Made by a program: the position numbers and the translations under genes. A model generated the notes under the pieces. The model had not been told where the DNA came from, made no database searches, and worked only from the letters and a program-made list of their open reading frames with translations. From contig CAYLXA010000002.1 of the NCBI GenBank assembly GCA_964387845.1, positions 211,584-275,583 of the forward strand: DNA of 64,000 bases. Direction: 5' to 3'. Position 1 is the stretch's first letter, and each line of letters begins with the position of its first letter. Shown one piece after another: positions 9,564 to 19,033 of this stretch. The stretch is from an uncultured bacterium (lineage in GTDB: Bacteria; Omnitrophota; Omnitrophia; Omnitrophales; Abzuiibacteriaceae).

Positions 9564-10540
9564 GATTGATGAGTTGTTGTGTGACGGATTTTACCGCCAA
9601 ATACGGCATATAGAATACCACAAAGAAGGCCCAATCCATAGAGCAAAATATCATTGGCCAGGGCGAAGGCTGCGGCATGCGCTTTGCTCGTGTATTGGCT
9701 AAGAAAATAGATAAGCGACGCCTCGCGGACACCCAAACCGCCAAGCGAAGGTGCCATGGATGCAATTCCGCTTACGGGAATAACTAGAAATAAAACCAGA
9801 AATGATATGTCCGCCGAGAGACTCTTAAAAATCATATAGCCGATATAAATGGAAATAATCTGGACTGCGATTGAAATCAAAAAACCTGAGAAAAGTGCGG
9901 CGTGTGAATGACGGTATCGCGCAATAGCTTGATAAAGTTCTGATATCTTCTGCTTCCCCATTTCACTGGGAATAAACCGGGTAACAAATTTGAACTTGCG
10001 CGCCAGCGGCTCATTCAATAGAAGTGCGATCACGATCACAAACATAATCGCAATGCAAAAAACGATAATCGGAAGCTGCCAATTGTGAAACTGGACAATA
10101 AAAAACGGCAGAGAAACAAGCGCAACGAACACGAGCGTGGTTAACCCCACCAGGCGATCGACAAAAATTGCGGAAACGGCCCGAATGGTTGACCCGGAGT
10201 CTCTTCCGAGGTAATAGGCTTTCACGAGGTCGCCTCCGAGCGAGGAAGGTAGAAATAAATTAAAGAAAAGCCCCACAAAACTCATGTAAAACACTCGTCC
10301 GGCCGGGACAACAATTTTTTCGGCACGCATAATGATGAAAAGCCTTAAAGCAATCAACGCGTTCAGGCCGACAAAAAGCAGGAAGACAAACGCAAAGAGC
10401 GCCAAATCGATTTGGCGAACGGCCGCAAGCGCGTGCATCCACCGGTCACGCAAAAAATAGATCACGCCGGCCACAAACGCCAGGCTGACCCCTACCCGGA
10501 GGAACTCTTTTAATATTTTTTGACGACTGATTCTGATCAC
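9560..10540 (-). CDS. flippase-like / lysylphosphatidylglycerol-synthase TM-region family membrane protein
   Basis: The 326-aa polytopic membrane protein has a UPF0104-like N-terminus (RQKILKEFLRVGVSLAFV). Confidence 0.55.
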   Translation of the reverse strand: MIRISRQKILKEFLRVGVSLAFVAGVIYFLRDRWMHALAAVRQIDLALFAFVFLLFVGLNALIALRLFIIMRAEKIVVPAGRVFYMSFVGLFFNLFLPSSLGGDLVKAYYLGRDSGSTIRAVSAIFVDRLVGLTTLVFVALVSLPFFIVQFHNWQLPIIVFCIAIMFVIVIALLLNEPLARKFKFVTRFIPSEMGKQKISELYQAIARYRHSHAALFSGFLISIAVQIISIYIGYMIFKSLSADISFLVLFLVIPVSGIASMAPSLGGLGVREASLIYFLSQYTSKAHAAAFALANDILLYGLGLLCGILYAVFGGKIRHTTTHQS

Positions 10541-10558
10541 AGCCCGTTATCTTTAGTT

Positions 10559-10611
10559 AAAAAAAAGAGGTTCACGGCATCCGCGGAATCGGATATTACC
10601 GTGAACCTCTT
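10559..10611 (-). terminator. Rho-independent terminator after the STAS-PilZ gene
   Basis: A perfect 13-bp stem (aagaggttcacgg / ccgtgaacctctt) is followed on the minus strand by a T8 run, immediately 3' of the CDS that ends at 10683. Confidence 0.6.
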
Positions 10612-10682
10612 ACTGGGTGAGAGAGACGTCCGTCTCTTGAAACGTAAGTGAATTTATATCACAACCATATCAGACTGTCAAA

Positions 10683-11417
10683 TCAAACTTGTTTGGAATC
10701 GAGAAATTGAATACCCAGCCCCACCTGGCGCTTCGACAACTCGATTCGCTTAATACAACCTTGAATCTTGACCTCCTCCGGAAAGCTTTCATTGGCCGGA
10801 ACCAAGATAGTTACCTTGTTGCTCTCCAGGTCTGACATCTGTGAAACCTGAAGCGAACTGTCCAAATCCAGATATTCAGCGAACAAGCCGCCTTGGCTGA
10901 TGTTGGTCGCAATCGCTTTAGAGTGAACCTTCTTGCCATCCGCGGTTTCGAATTCGATTTCGATCGGAATCGCCACCCGAATACGTTTACTCCGCCTGCG
11001 CTCCAGGCCGTATTTGTCATGCAGCAAGCCGAGTTCCTTTGGAACACCGGTATCCTTGTCCTTTTCGAACAAGAACGAACCCACTGAATCGGCAATTTCA
11101 GCTTCCGAAATACAGAGTTTGATATTTTTCGGCAGGTAGGTCCCCTTGAAAAACTGGGTGAACCGGTCGTTGGTGCAGAACACCAAACTTTTCTGTGGCC
11201 GGATCAGGCTCGCAATAAGCCGCCTAACGATCAGCTCGTCAAGCTCCTGGACCTTCTGCAGGTTCAGGATCACCCGCTTCAGTTTCTTTTTTTGGATGAC
11301 GTGATCAATTTTATCGATCACCTCCACCGACTGCTCGCCGGTCAGAGTTCCGTACAAGTCGAAGACCTGAACTCTTCCGATCTGTCTTTGCTCAACTTTT
11401 GGCATTAATGTTTTCAT
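10683..11417 (-). CDS. STAS (SpoIIAA-like) domain - PilZ domain fusion protein
   Basis: The N-terminus matches the anti-sigma-antagonist pattern (VFDLYGTLTGEQ...RVILNLQKVQELDELIVRRL). The C-terminus carries PilZ motifs (RRSKRIR ... NISQGGLFAEY). Confidence 0.65.
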   Translation of the reverse strand: MKTLMPKVEQRQIGRVQVFDLYGTLTGEQSVEVIDKIDHVIQKKKLKRVILNLQKVQELDELIVRRLIASLIRPQKSLVFCTNDRFTQFFKGTYLPKNIKLCISEAEIADSVGSFLFEKDKDTGVPKELGLLHDKYGLERRRSKRIRVAIPIEIEFETADGKKVHSKAIATNISQGGLFAEYLDLDSSLQVSQMSDLESNKVTILVPANESFPEEVKIQGCIKRIELSKRQVGLGIQFLDSKQV

Positions 11418-11627
11418 AACACACCTCTCTCTTTCATCTAGAATTAAAACGCTCGATGCCGCCGTATGCGTTCCAACGCTTGAAACTTGGCATGCATCTT
11501 TTCTCCAATATACCCCGTCAAAATCTCATAACCATACACATGCAGCGGAACCGCAAAGCGCCCGCTTTTCTTATGTTTCACTTTTAGCAGCTTATTAAAT
11601 AACCGTTTCATTGAGAGCCCCTTTACT

Positions 11628-12443
11628 TTACTTATCCAGATCCGTCAAAAGCTGTCTGATTTTCTTTTTCGCTTCCGCCGCAATTCCGTAAAATTCGATT
11701 CCAATTCCGACTTGATCGCCGTCTGCCTTGACGTGAATTACCTTGCCCTCGGCTTCAATCGGCATGTCGTCCGGCCCCGCGATTTCCAGTTTCAACAAAC
11801 TCAATTCATAAGGATTGATAATCGCTTTTGACTTCTCCGCGTCTTCCAAGTCGATGTACTCCGCAAACAGACCGCCTTCGCTCATATTTGTCACAATCGC
11901 CCGAAACTGAATCATCTTCCCCTTTTTATCCTTGCAGTAAAAAAACATCGGTAACGCGGTTTTGATTCTGCGAAAAAGCCTTTTGTCCGTCTTGGCATCC
12001 GTTTGCGCCATTTCCCTTCCAAATAGTTTCACAAGCTCCTCTTCTCCGTTAATCACATTCATACTTCGCTTTACCGGATACGCTTTAATCATGCTCATGA
12101 CCTGTTCACTGCCGCGGATCATTCCGCTTCGTTCCCTTTTGATCAAATTCTCCACCACTGCTTTCGCGCCAAGCGAATCCATCGTTTCGAGCGGCCTTAA
12201 ATTAAGAACCAGCGCGGATGCCAGATCGTTTTCGGCCATTGAATCTATTTCTTGCTGAACGCGAACTGCCCAAGGCCCCACCAAATCACCTTTAAGGTCC
12301 ACCAAGTCCAACTTGCCGATTCTCCTTTTTACCACTTGTGGAAATTTAGCTGGCTTCATGCGCTCATACTCCTCGTTGGGTGTCAATAGTACAACAAGCG
12401 TGCCAACTTTATTTGATTTCTTCAGTATCTTTAAAGGATTCAA
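11628..12443 (-). CDS. STAS-like domain - PilZ domain fusion protein (paralog)
   Basis: It has the same architecture as its neighbour: a STAS-like N-terminus (LVDLKGDLVG...LVLNLRPLETMDSLGAKAV) and a PilZ C-terminus (RLFRRIK ... NMSEGGLFAEY). Confidence 0.65.
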   Translation of the reverse strand: MNPLKILKKSNKVGTLVVLLTPNEEYERMKPAKFPQVVKRRIGKLDLVDLKGDLVGPWAVRVQQEIDSMAENDLASALVLNLRPLETMDSLGAKAVVENLIKRERSGMIRGSEQVMSMIKAYPVKRSMNVINGEEELVKLFGREMAQTDAKTDKRLFRRIKTALPMFFYCKDKKGKMIQFRAIVTNMSEGGLFAEYIDLEDAEKSKAIINPYELSLLKLEIAGPDDMPIEAEGKVIHVKADGDQVGIGIEFYGIAAEAKKKIRQLLTDLDK

Positions 12444-12540
12444 AACAAAGGGGTTACAACTTTCTTAAAAATCGGTAGTTTGAAACTAACAATTTAAACT
12501 GTAACAACTTTTTGACAGTTGTCACAAAAAAGAGACAGGA

Positions 12541-13572
12541 TTATGCGAGGTCGATTTGATAGAGTTTCAGTTTGCGGTTTAAATCCTGGCGGGAAATACC
12601 CAGCGCTTTTGCGGCTTGTGTTTGATTGCCTTTTGTGCGAAGGAGCGCTTCTTCGATAACCGTTTTTTCAAAACTGGATACCAGATCGCTTTTCCTTTTC
12701 TTGAGAGATTGATCCTCCGAAATGGAATCGCCGCCCTTTTTCTTCATTGCGGCTTCAATCAAATGGCGCGACAAATCTTTGGCTTCGACTTTCGGCCCCG
12801 AAGCCATGATACAGGCTTTCTCAAGTTCATTCTCAAGTTCTCGGATATTCCCGGGCCAATCATAAGATTGCAAAGCCTTTAAAACTTCCGGCTCCAGCGC
12901 TTTGACGGGTTGGCTATTTTTAGCCGATATCTTTTGGACGATGTGCGTGACCAGTTGCGGGATGTCTTCGCGGCGATCGCGCAAGGCGGGTAAATTGATA
13001 TGCATAACGTTTAATCGATAAAACAAGTCATTTCGAAATTTTCCGGAATCCACCATTTTCTGTAAATCTTGGTTGGTGGCTGCAATAATTCTGACATCCA
13101 CCTGGATCGGTTTTGTGCCGCCGATTTTAAAAAAAACACCTTCCTGCAGAACCCGCAATAATTTCACCTGAAGCGCCGGGCTCATGTCACCGACTTCATC
13201 CAAGAAAAAAGTCCCCTTGTCCGCAATCTCGAAAAGTCCTTTCTTTTCGGCAAGCGCACCAGTGAATGACCCCCGCATGTGGCCAAAAAGCTCGCTTTCC
13301 AAAAGCGCATCCGAGAATGCGGAACAATTGATGATCACAAATTCGTTGTTTTTGCGTTTACTGTGATAATGGATGGCGCGCGCCACCAATTCCTTCCCCG
13401 TTCCGCTTTCGCCCTGAATCAAAACCGTGACGTCATAGGCCGCAATCCGCTGGAGCAAATCACGGACATACTGAATCGACGCGCTCCCGCCCACCAGCCC
13501 GAAATCAGGGCCTGCCGACGCCGCCTTCGGGTTGATGCTACTTTTGGGATTTGTTTTTGCTTTTGAGGTCAT
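12541..13572 (-). CDS. sigma-54-dependent transcriptional activator lacking an N-terminal regulatory domain (AAA+ plus Fis-type HTH)
   Basis: AAA+ motifs are present (GESGTGKE, ESELFGH, a GSFTGA variant of GAFTGA). The C-terminal HTH reads QAAKALGISRQDLNRKL. At 343 aa it has no receiver or GAF domain. Confidence 0.8.
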   Translation of the reverse strand: MTSKAKTNPKSSINPKAASAGPDFGLVGGSASIQYVRDLLQRIAAYDVTVLIQGESGTGKELVARAIHYHSKRKNNEFVIINCSAFSDALLESELFGHMRGSFTGALAEKKGLFEIADKGTFFLDEVGDMSPALQVKLLRVLQEGVFFKIGGTKPIQVDVRIIAATNQDLQKMVDSGKFRNDLFYRLNVMHINLPALRDRREDIPQLVTHIVQKISAKNSQPVKALEPEVLKALQSYDWPGNIRELENELEKACIMASGPKVEAKDLSRHLIEAAMKKKGGDSISEDQSLKKRKSDLVSSFEKTVIEEALLRTKGNQTQAAKALGISRQDLNRKLKLYQIDLA

Positions 13573-14884
13573 TAAATTCCTTCAGTCTCTTTTGAATTTC
13601 GCGCTCATAGCCTTGTTCGGTCGGATGATAGTAAGCTTTATCGCCTTTCCGGTACGCTTGGTCAACCACGTGGCCCGGAAAGTTATGAGCATACTGATAA
13701 CCCTCGCCGCGGCCCATGCGCTTGGCGCCTGAATAACTTTTGTCGCGCAAATGATTCGGAACCTCTTCGGCCGCATCTTCTTTAACATCGCTGGCCGCAT
13801 TTTCAAGCGCCATGTAAGCCGCATTGCTTTTGGGTGCCGAAGCCATATAGGTCACCAGCTGCGCCAAAATGATTCTCGCTTCAGGCATCCCGACAAATTC
13901 AATGGCTTGCAAACCGGCAGAGGCCAAAATCAAGGCCTGCGGATCCGCATTTCCGATGTCTTCAGATGCCAATATGACGATGCGCCGTGCAATGAACCGC
14001 GGATCCTCGCCGGCATAAAGCATTTTCGCAAGCCAATAAACCGCCGAATCCGGGTCCGAGCCGCGCATGCTTTTAATAAAAGCACTTGCCGTATCGTAGT
14101 GATAATCTTCGTCGTGATCATAATACACGATCCGTTTTTGGCAGGATTCCTGTGCAACCGTCCGATCAAAATGAACGGAACCGTCTTGAGCAGGTTCAGT
14201 TGTCAGCACACCGATTTCTAAAGCATTGAGTGCCCTGCGCGCATCGCCTGAAGCATATTTGGCCAGATAATTCAGCGCATCCTCCGTAATTTCAACCCGA
14301 ATTTTTCCAAAACCCCGTTCCGGATCTTGAAGTGCAGATTTCATCACAGAAATCAGCTCGGCTTCAGTGAGCGGCTTGAGCTCGCAGAGAAGTGAGCGCG
14401 AAAGAAGCGGCCCATTAATTGAAAATGAAGGGTTGTGGGTCGTTGCCCCGATCAAAATCAAGTTGCCATTTTCGACATCGGGCATCAAAACGTCCTGCTG
14501 CGCTTTGTTAAAGCGGTGAATTTCATCGACAAACAAAATAGTCCGGCGCTCTGTGTGTTCGCGGTTATATTTTGCTTCCTCAATAACTTTACGTAAATCT
14601 TGAACGGTGGCCGAGACTGCATTCACGTTCCGGAATACGGATTTTGTAACTCTGGAAATCAGATAAGCCAGCGTGGTTTTGCCGCTTCCCGGCGGCCCGA
14701 ATAAAATCAAAGAACTGAGCCGGTCAGAAAGAATGACGCGCCGTAGAAGTTTTCCGTCGCCCAACAGATGGCCTTGACCCACAAACTGTTCGAGCGTTTG
14801 AGGCCTCATACGGACCGCGAGCGGAGAGGTTGACGGTGTTTCGGTGTTGGAAGCAGGGGCAGAATCAGAGAAAAGATCAATCAT
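13538..14884 (-). CDS. rarA: replication-associated recombination protein A (AAA ATPase)
   Basis: It has the Walker A motif LILFGPPGSGKTTLA and the MgsA/RarA C-terminal helical domain, over 448 aa. Confidence 0.85.
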   Translation of the reverse strand: MIDLFSDSAPASNTETPSTSPLAVRMRPQTLEQFVGQGHLLGDGKLLRRVILSDRLSSLILFGPPGSGKTTLAYLISRVTKSVFRNVNAVSATVQDLRKVIEEAKYNREHTERRTILFVDEIHRFNKAQQDVLMPDVENGNLILIGATTHNPSFSINGPLLSRSLLCELKPLTEAELISVMKSALQDPERGFGKIRVEITEDALNYLAKYASGDARRALNALEIGVLTTEPAQDGSVHFDRTVAQESCQKRIVYYDHDEDYHYDTASAFIKSMRGSDPDSAVYWLAKMLYAGEDPRFIARRIVILASEDIGNADPQALILASAGLQAIEFVGMPEARIILAQLVTYMASAPKSNAAYMALENAASDVKEDAAEEVPNHLRDKSYSGAKRMGRGEGYQYAHNFPGHVVDQAYRKGDKAYYHPTEQGYEREIQKRLKEFNDLKSKNKSQK

Positions 14885-14913
14885 ACCTTATTGATCTCAC
14901 GCTAAAGTGAAAA

Positions 14914-15681
14914 CTACCAGTGCAACGCATCGCGGACAGGCCGTGCGAAGCGTCTTGAAAGCGGAATCCGTGTCTGTTTTGAATCGTTCAGGTCAATCGA
15001 GAAATTGCCGCTGGATTGCGGTGAAATCCGGGCAATAAAATCAATGTTCACGACATGCGCCTTGTGAACCTGGAAAAATTTCTTGGGGTCCAATTTCGTC
15101 AGCAATTCTTTCAAGGTCGACTTCACCAAATACATTTGCTGATCCGTTTGATGCGCATAAATATCCGCCAGGTCCGCATGAAAATAAGTGACTTTGCTGA
15201 CATCAAAGAAAATACGCTCTTTACTCTCCGGTTTATAACCGCAAATCCGGTCCAGATGATTGCCTTTGCTTGCGGCCCGGTTTAAAACCTGAAATTGATC
15301 CTTCAAGACTTCCGTTTGGCCCAGCAATGTTTTGGCCCGGTCCATGGCACGTAAAATCCGGTCCTTTTCGTAGGGCTTGAGCACATAATCAACTGCGCTG
15401 AGCTCAAATGCCTTGACGGCATATTCGTCGTAGGCGGTTGCAAAAATCACGACCGGCGGCTTTTCCATTTTTCCGACTTCCGTCGCCACATCAAGCCCGG
15501 TCATCTTCGGCATCCGGATATCCAGGAAAACAATCTGGGGGGACAACTCGCGAATCTTGTCGAGCGCTTCCTTTCCGTCTGACGCCTCACCCACAACGCG
15601 AACATCGTGGCAAGCGCCCAATAAACGCTTCAACCCTTCGCGGGCCAGCGGTTCGTCATCAACGATTAATGTGGTCGGCAT
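14914..15681 (-). CDS. LytR/AlgR-family response regulator (REC + LytTR)
   Basis: A receiver domain (LIVDDEPLAREGL...FLDIRMPKMTGL) is followed by a C-terminal LytTR DNA-binding domain. Confidence 0.85.
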   Translation of the reverse strand: MPTTLIVDDEPLAREGLKRLLGACHDVRVVGEASDGKEALDKIRELSPQIVFLDIRMPKMTGLDVATEVGKMEKPPVVIFATAYDEYAVKAFELSAVDYVLKPYEKDRILRAMDRAKTLLGQTEVLKDQFQVLNRAASKGNHLDRICGYKPESKERIFFDVSKVTYFHADLADIYAHQTDQQMYLVKSTLKELLTKLDPKKFFQVHKAHVVNIDFIARISPQSSGNFSIDLNDSKQTRIPLSRRFARPVRDALHW

Positions 15682-15686
15682 AATGA

Positions 15687-16982
15687 TTACTCCTCTTCCT
15701 CTGATGTTAAAGGTATTTTGAATTGTACTGCAGTTCCCTGTCCGATTGCACTAGAAATTTTTAACTCCGAATCACGCCCAAAATGATACCGCAGCCTCTC
15801 ATTAATGTTCTGAAGGCCGACTCCGGCACCTTCGCCTTCGTGGCTGACTTGCCCTTTCCGGACTTCCTCAAGCCTCTTTTCGTCCATTCCCACGCCGTGA
15901 TCTTTCACTAATATTTCGACATATTTTCCGTTTTCCCAAGCGGAAATAGAAAGAAGCGCGCCCTCTGATATGGGCGCAATCCCATGCTTAATCGCATTTT
16001 CCACAATAGGCTGAATAATCAAAACCGGCAGCTTGGCATTGGCGCCGCGCGGGCCCAGCTTGATGCTTTTCTCAATTTTCAGCCGGTTTTGATACCGGGC
16101 TTGTTCGATTGCTAAATACGCGTCGATATGATTAAGCTCTTCCTCAACCGATACCCAATCGCCTTCCTGTTTCACAATCCGGCGGAAAAAGTTTGAGAGT
16201 TTGATCACAAGTTCACGGGCATGCTCCGCTTTCTCGCGGCTGCAAATCGCTGCAATGGTGTTTAAAGCGTTAAACAAAAAATGCGGGTTGATTTGCGCCT
16301 GCAAAAATTTAAGCTTCATCTGCGGAAGCAGCCGTTCCAAATTTTTCCGGCGCTCATCCTGCACTAAGCCGATGGCCACCGCCATAAAAATATACGCGCT
16401 CATGGCTTCTAATACGACCAGTGAAAACAAAATACCGAGAAGCGCAGCCGCGTGAGTCGCTTGCCAGAGCGGCCAATATAAAATAATGCCCTGCAAAATC
16501 CCGGCAAACCCTGCAGCAAAAAGCGCGCTCCATCTTTTCGGTGTTTCGTTTCGCCGTAGATCGGACAACGCGCCCCCCAAAAGCCCTGCGCTTATTAAAA
16601 TCAGAACATGATGTAAATGAAATTCGCCGAGCATTGCTCGAAATAGAATGCCGACGGCAGCACAAATAACGCCTCCGCGAAAACCTGCTAACAAACCGCA
16701 GGCAACGGTAAACACGAGATAAAGGTCCAGAAAATACCAATCGGACTCGCCGTAGCGCAAATACCCCATTCCAGAGCCGACGATTCCCAAAATTGAAAAA
16801 GCGATGATTAGAAAATAATTATTTCGTGCATTTTGGGATTCGGTGGAATCTGTAGAAAAAAGCGAGCGAAACCATGGAAATCGAACCAGCAAGTAAGAGG
16901 AAAGCACCACGAAAGCGAATTTCTGAAAAATATCGCCGTAAATTTCAAGCCAGGCAATCCGGATCTGTTCTGCGTAAGGCAT
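15687..16982 (-). CDS. LytS/YehU-like sensor histidine kinase
   Basis: A polytopic N-terminus is followed by the His_kinase internal region (LQAQINPHFLFNALNTI) and an HATPase_c domain. Confidence 0.8.
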   Translation of the reverse strand: MPYAEQIRIAWLEIYGDIFQKFAFVVLSSYLLVRFPWFRSLFSTDSTESQNARNNYFLIIAFSILGIVGSGMGYLRYGESDWYFLDLYLVFTVACGLLAGFRGGVICAAVGILFRAMLGEFHLHHVLILISAGLLGGALSDLRRNETPKRWSALFAAGFAGILQGIILYWPLWQATHAAALLGILFSLVVLEAMSAYIFMAVAIGLVQDERRKNLERLLPQMKLKFLQAQINPHFLFNALNTIAAICSREKAEHARELVIKLSNFFRRIVKQEGDWVSVEEELNHIDAYLAIEQARYQNRLKIEKSIKLGPRGANAKLPVLIIQPIVENAIKHGIAPISEGALLSISAWENGKYVEILVKDHGVGMDEKRLEEVRKGQVSHEGEGAGVGLQNINERLRYHFGRDSELKISSAIGQGTAVQFKIPLTSEEEE

Positions 16983-19021
16983 TAATGCAACTTTGCGCTA
17001 AATTGCTTTGATAAAGAATCGACAATTGAAAAATGGAGCGCATTCACCTCTTCATTTTGAAGCGTCCGGTTTCCGGCTTGATAAGTGATCCGGAACGAAA
17101 TGCTTTGCTTTCCTTTTTCGATATTGCCGCCGCGGTAAAGGTCAAAAACATCCACTTGACGAATCATATCTTTCCCCATGGACCGGATAACGCCGATCAA
17201 TTGATTTGATTGAACCTTTCCTTCCACCAGCAGCGATAAATCACGGACAACACTCGGATGTTTATCAAGCTCCTGAAACGCTGCGAGCGGTCGGCCGATC
17301 TTTGCCAGTTGCGATAACGAAATCTCTCCGAAATAAACCGGCTTCTCGATTCCGAGCGGTTCCGATTTTTCCCTGCGGATTGAACCAAATTCACCGATTT
17401 TATTATTTTTCGAAACAATTTTAAAACTTTCGCCTGTAATAAAATAGGGTCTATCTTCCGGAAAAAAATGATCCGCGCCAATCTTAAATAACGATAAGCC
17501 AGATTCAAAAATACCTTTGAGATGAAAAAAACCATACTCTCTCACTTTATTCATCCAGTGAACCGGCGTTTCACCGGCAAACGCGACGGCAAGCGTTCGG
17601 TCTTCGATTGGCAATTCTTTTCCTGAAAACCAATACCGATTTCCAATTTCGAAAATGGCAACGGACGGCACGCCGGTGTTTAAATTATGGCGGATTACTT
17701 GCAGCAAGCTCAAAATAAAATTGGGGCGCATCAGCGTCAGATCTTGATTTCTGGGATTATCAATTCTGACATGATTGGTTGTATCATTATCTATTAGGAC
17801 TGCTAAATCCGGATCTACAACACTGAAGGTCACAACCTCTTGCAACCCTAGACCGGCACAATGATTTCGCACTTTTTCCTGAATTTCAAGCACAGGATCC
17901 GATTTGGATTCCACCATGGAAATTGTAGGAAGCGTTTCCGGAATTTTATCGTAACCATTGATGCGTGCGATTTCTTCGATTAAATCGGCCGGCTGCTCAA
18001 TGTCGCCGCGAAATGCGGGTGCTTCGGTAATGATTTTTTGTCCCTTCTGAACCGCTTTGATTCCGAGACGATTCAAAATGGTTTTGATTTTGCCCACAGA
18101 AATCACAACGCCCAGAACCTCGGGCACTTCGTCTAATTCTAAAATCACTTTCTTCCTTCTGACCGGAGCCGATCCGGATTTCAGAATCAATCCAACCGCG
18201 GCAGGTTTGCAAAAATCAGCGATCATCGACACTGCGCGCTCGCGTGCCCAATCGACGCCCAACGGATCGACGCCACGCTCAAAGCGGTAGGACGAGTCAC
18301 TGGCAAGTTTCAGACGTTTCGATGTTTTTCGGATCGCGGCAGGTGAAAAATAAGCCGACTCAATTAAAATATTCTTTGTCTGATCCGAAACTTCCGACTC
18401 ACGGCCTCCCATCACGCCGCCGATTGCCACCGCTTTCGATTCATCAGCAATCACGCAATCCTCCGGTGTCAATTTGCACATGGCTCCGTTAATTGCCGTC
18501 ATCTGCTCGCCTGCTTTCGCCCGGCGCGCTAAAATAACCGTACCGCTTAATTTTTCAAGATCAAACGCATGAAGCGGCTGTCCGCATTCCAACAAAACAT
18601 AATTCGTGACGTCGACAATAAAATTAATCGAACGCAAACCGCACGTTTCAAGTCGTTCGCGCATGCGGTCCGGTGTGCGAACCTGCGACAATCCTTCCAA
18701 AACGGTTCCCGTGTAACAAGAACACCATTTTTTATCCGGCGTTTGGACGCTAAACGAAGACGCGGTTTTCGTGCGCTTGATTTTCGGGATTTTTGGGATT
18801 TTCAGCGGCTTGTCGTAAAGCGCTGCGATTTCACGGGCCACTCCGATATGCGAAAGCCAATCGGGCCGGTTCGACGTGATTTCGGTTTCGAGGCGGTAAT
18901 CTGAACCAACCTTTTCAATTTTCTTCACTTCAAGGCCGGCCATGGTCAAACGCTCTGCCACTGCTTCGACTGGCGCAGAAACTGCCACGTAATCTTTAAT
19001 CCAATTCCAACTTAGCTTCAT
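16982..19021 (-). CDS. pheT: phenylalanine--tRNA ligase beta subunit
   Basis: It has B3/B4 and FDX-ACB-like regions, and is adjacent to pheS. At 679 aa it is short and lacks the N-terminal tRNA-binding extension. Confidence 0.85.
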   Translation of the reverse strand: MKLSWNWIKDYVAVSAPVEAVAERLTMAGLEVKKIEKVGSDYRLETEITSNRPDWLSHIGVAREIAALYDKPLKIPKIPKIKRTKTASSFSVQTPDKKWCSCYTGTVLEGLSQVRTPDRMRERLETCGLRSINFIVDVTNYVLLECGQPLHAFDLEKLSGTVILARRAKAGEQMTAINGAMCKLTPEDCVIADESKAVAIGGVMGGRESEVSDQTKNILIESAYFSPAAIRKTSKRLKLASDSSYRFERGVDPLGVDWARERAVSMIADFCKPAAVGLILKSGSAPVRRKKVILELDEVPEVLGVVISVGKIKTILNRLGIKAVQKGQKIITEAPAFRGDIEQPADLIEEIARINGYDKIPETLPTISMVESKSDPVLEIQEKVRNHCAGLGLQEVVTFSVVDPDLAVLIDNDTTNHVRIDNPRNQDLTLMRPNFILSLLQVIRHNLNTGVPSVAIFEIGNRYWFSGKELPIEDRTLAVAFAGETPVHWMNKVREYGFFHLKGIFESGLSLFKIGADHFFPEDRPYFITGESFKIVSKNNKIGEFGSIRREKSEPLGIEKPVYFGEISLSQLAKIGRPLAAFQELDKHPSVVRDLSLLVEGKVQSNQLIGVIRSMGKDMIRQVDVFDLYRGGNIEKGKQSISFRITYQAGNRTLQNEEVNALHFSIVDSLSKQFSAKLH

Positions 19022-19033
19022 AATAAGTAGACT

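Noticed and set aside
9517-9765. 82-aa ORF overlapping the flippase-like gene
   Set aside because: It is fully nested in a different frame of a well-supported membrane protein gene.
11418-11500. Possible sigma-54 promoter (TGGAAC-N-GC) upstream of the first STAS-PilZ gene
   Set aside because: Only the GG-N10-GC skeleton matches. The -12 element is poor and cannot be distinguished from chance.
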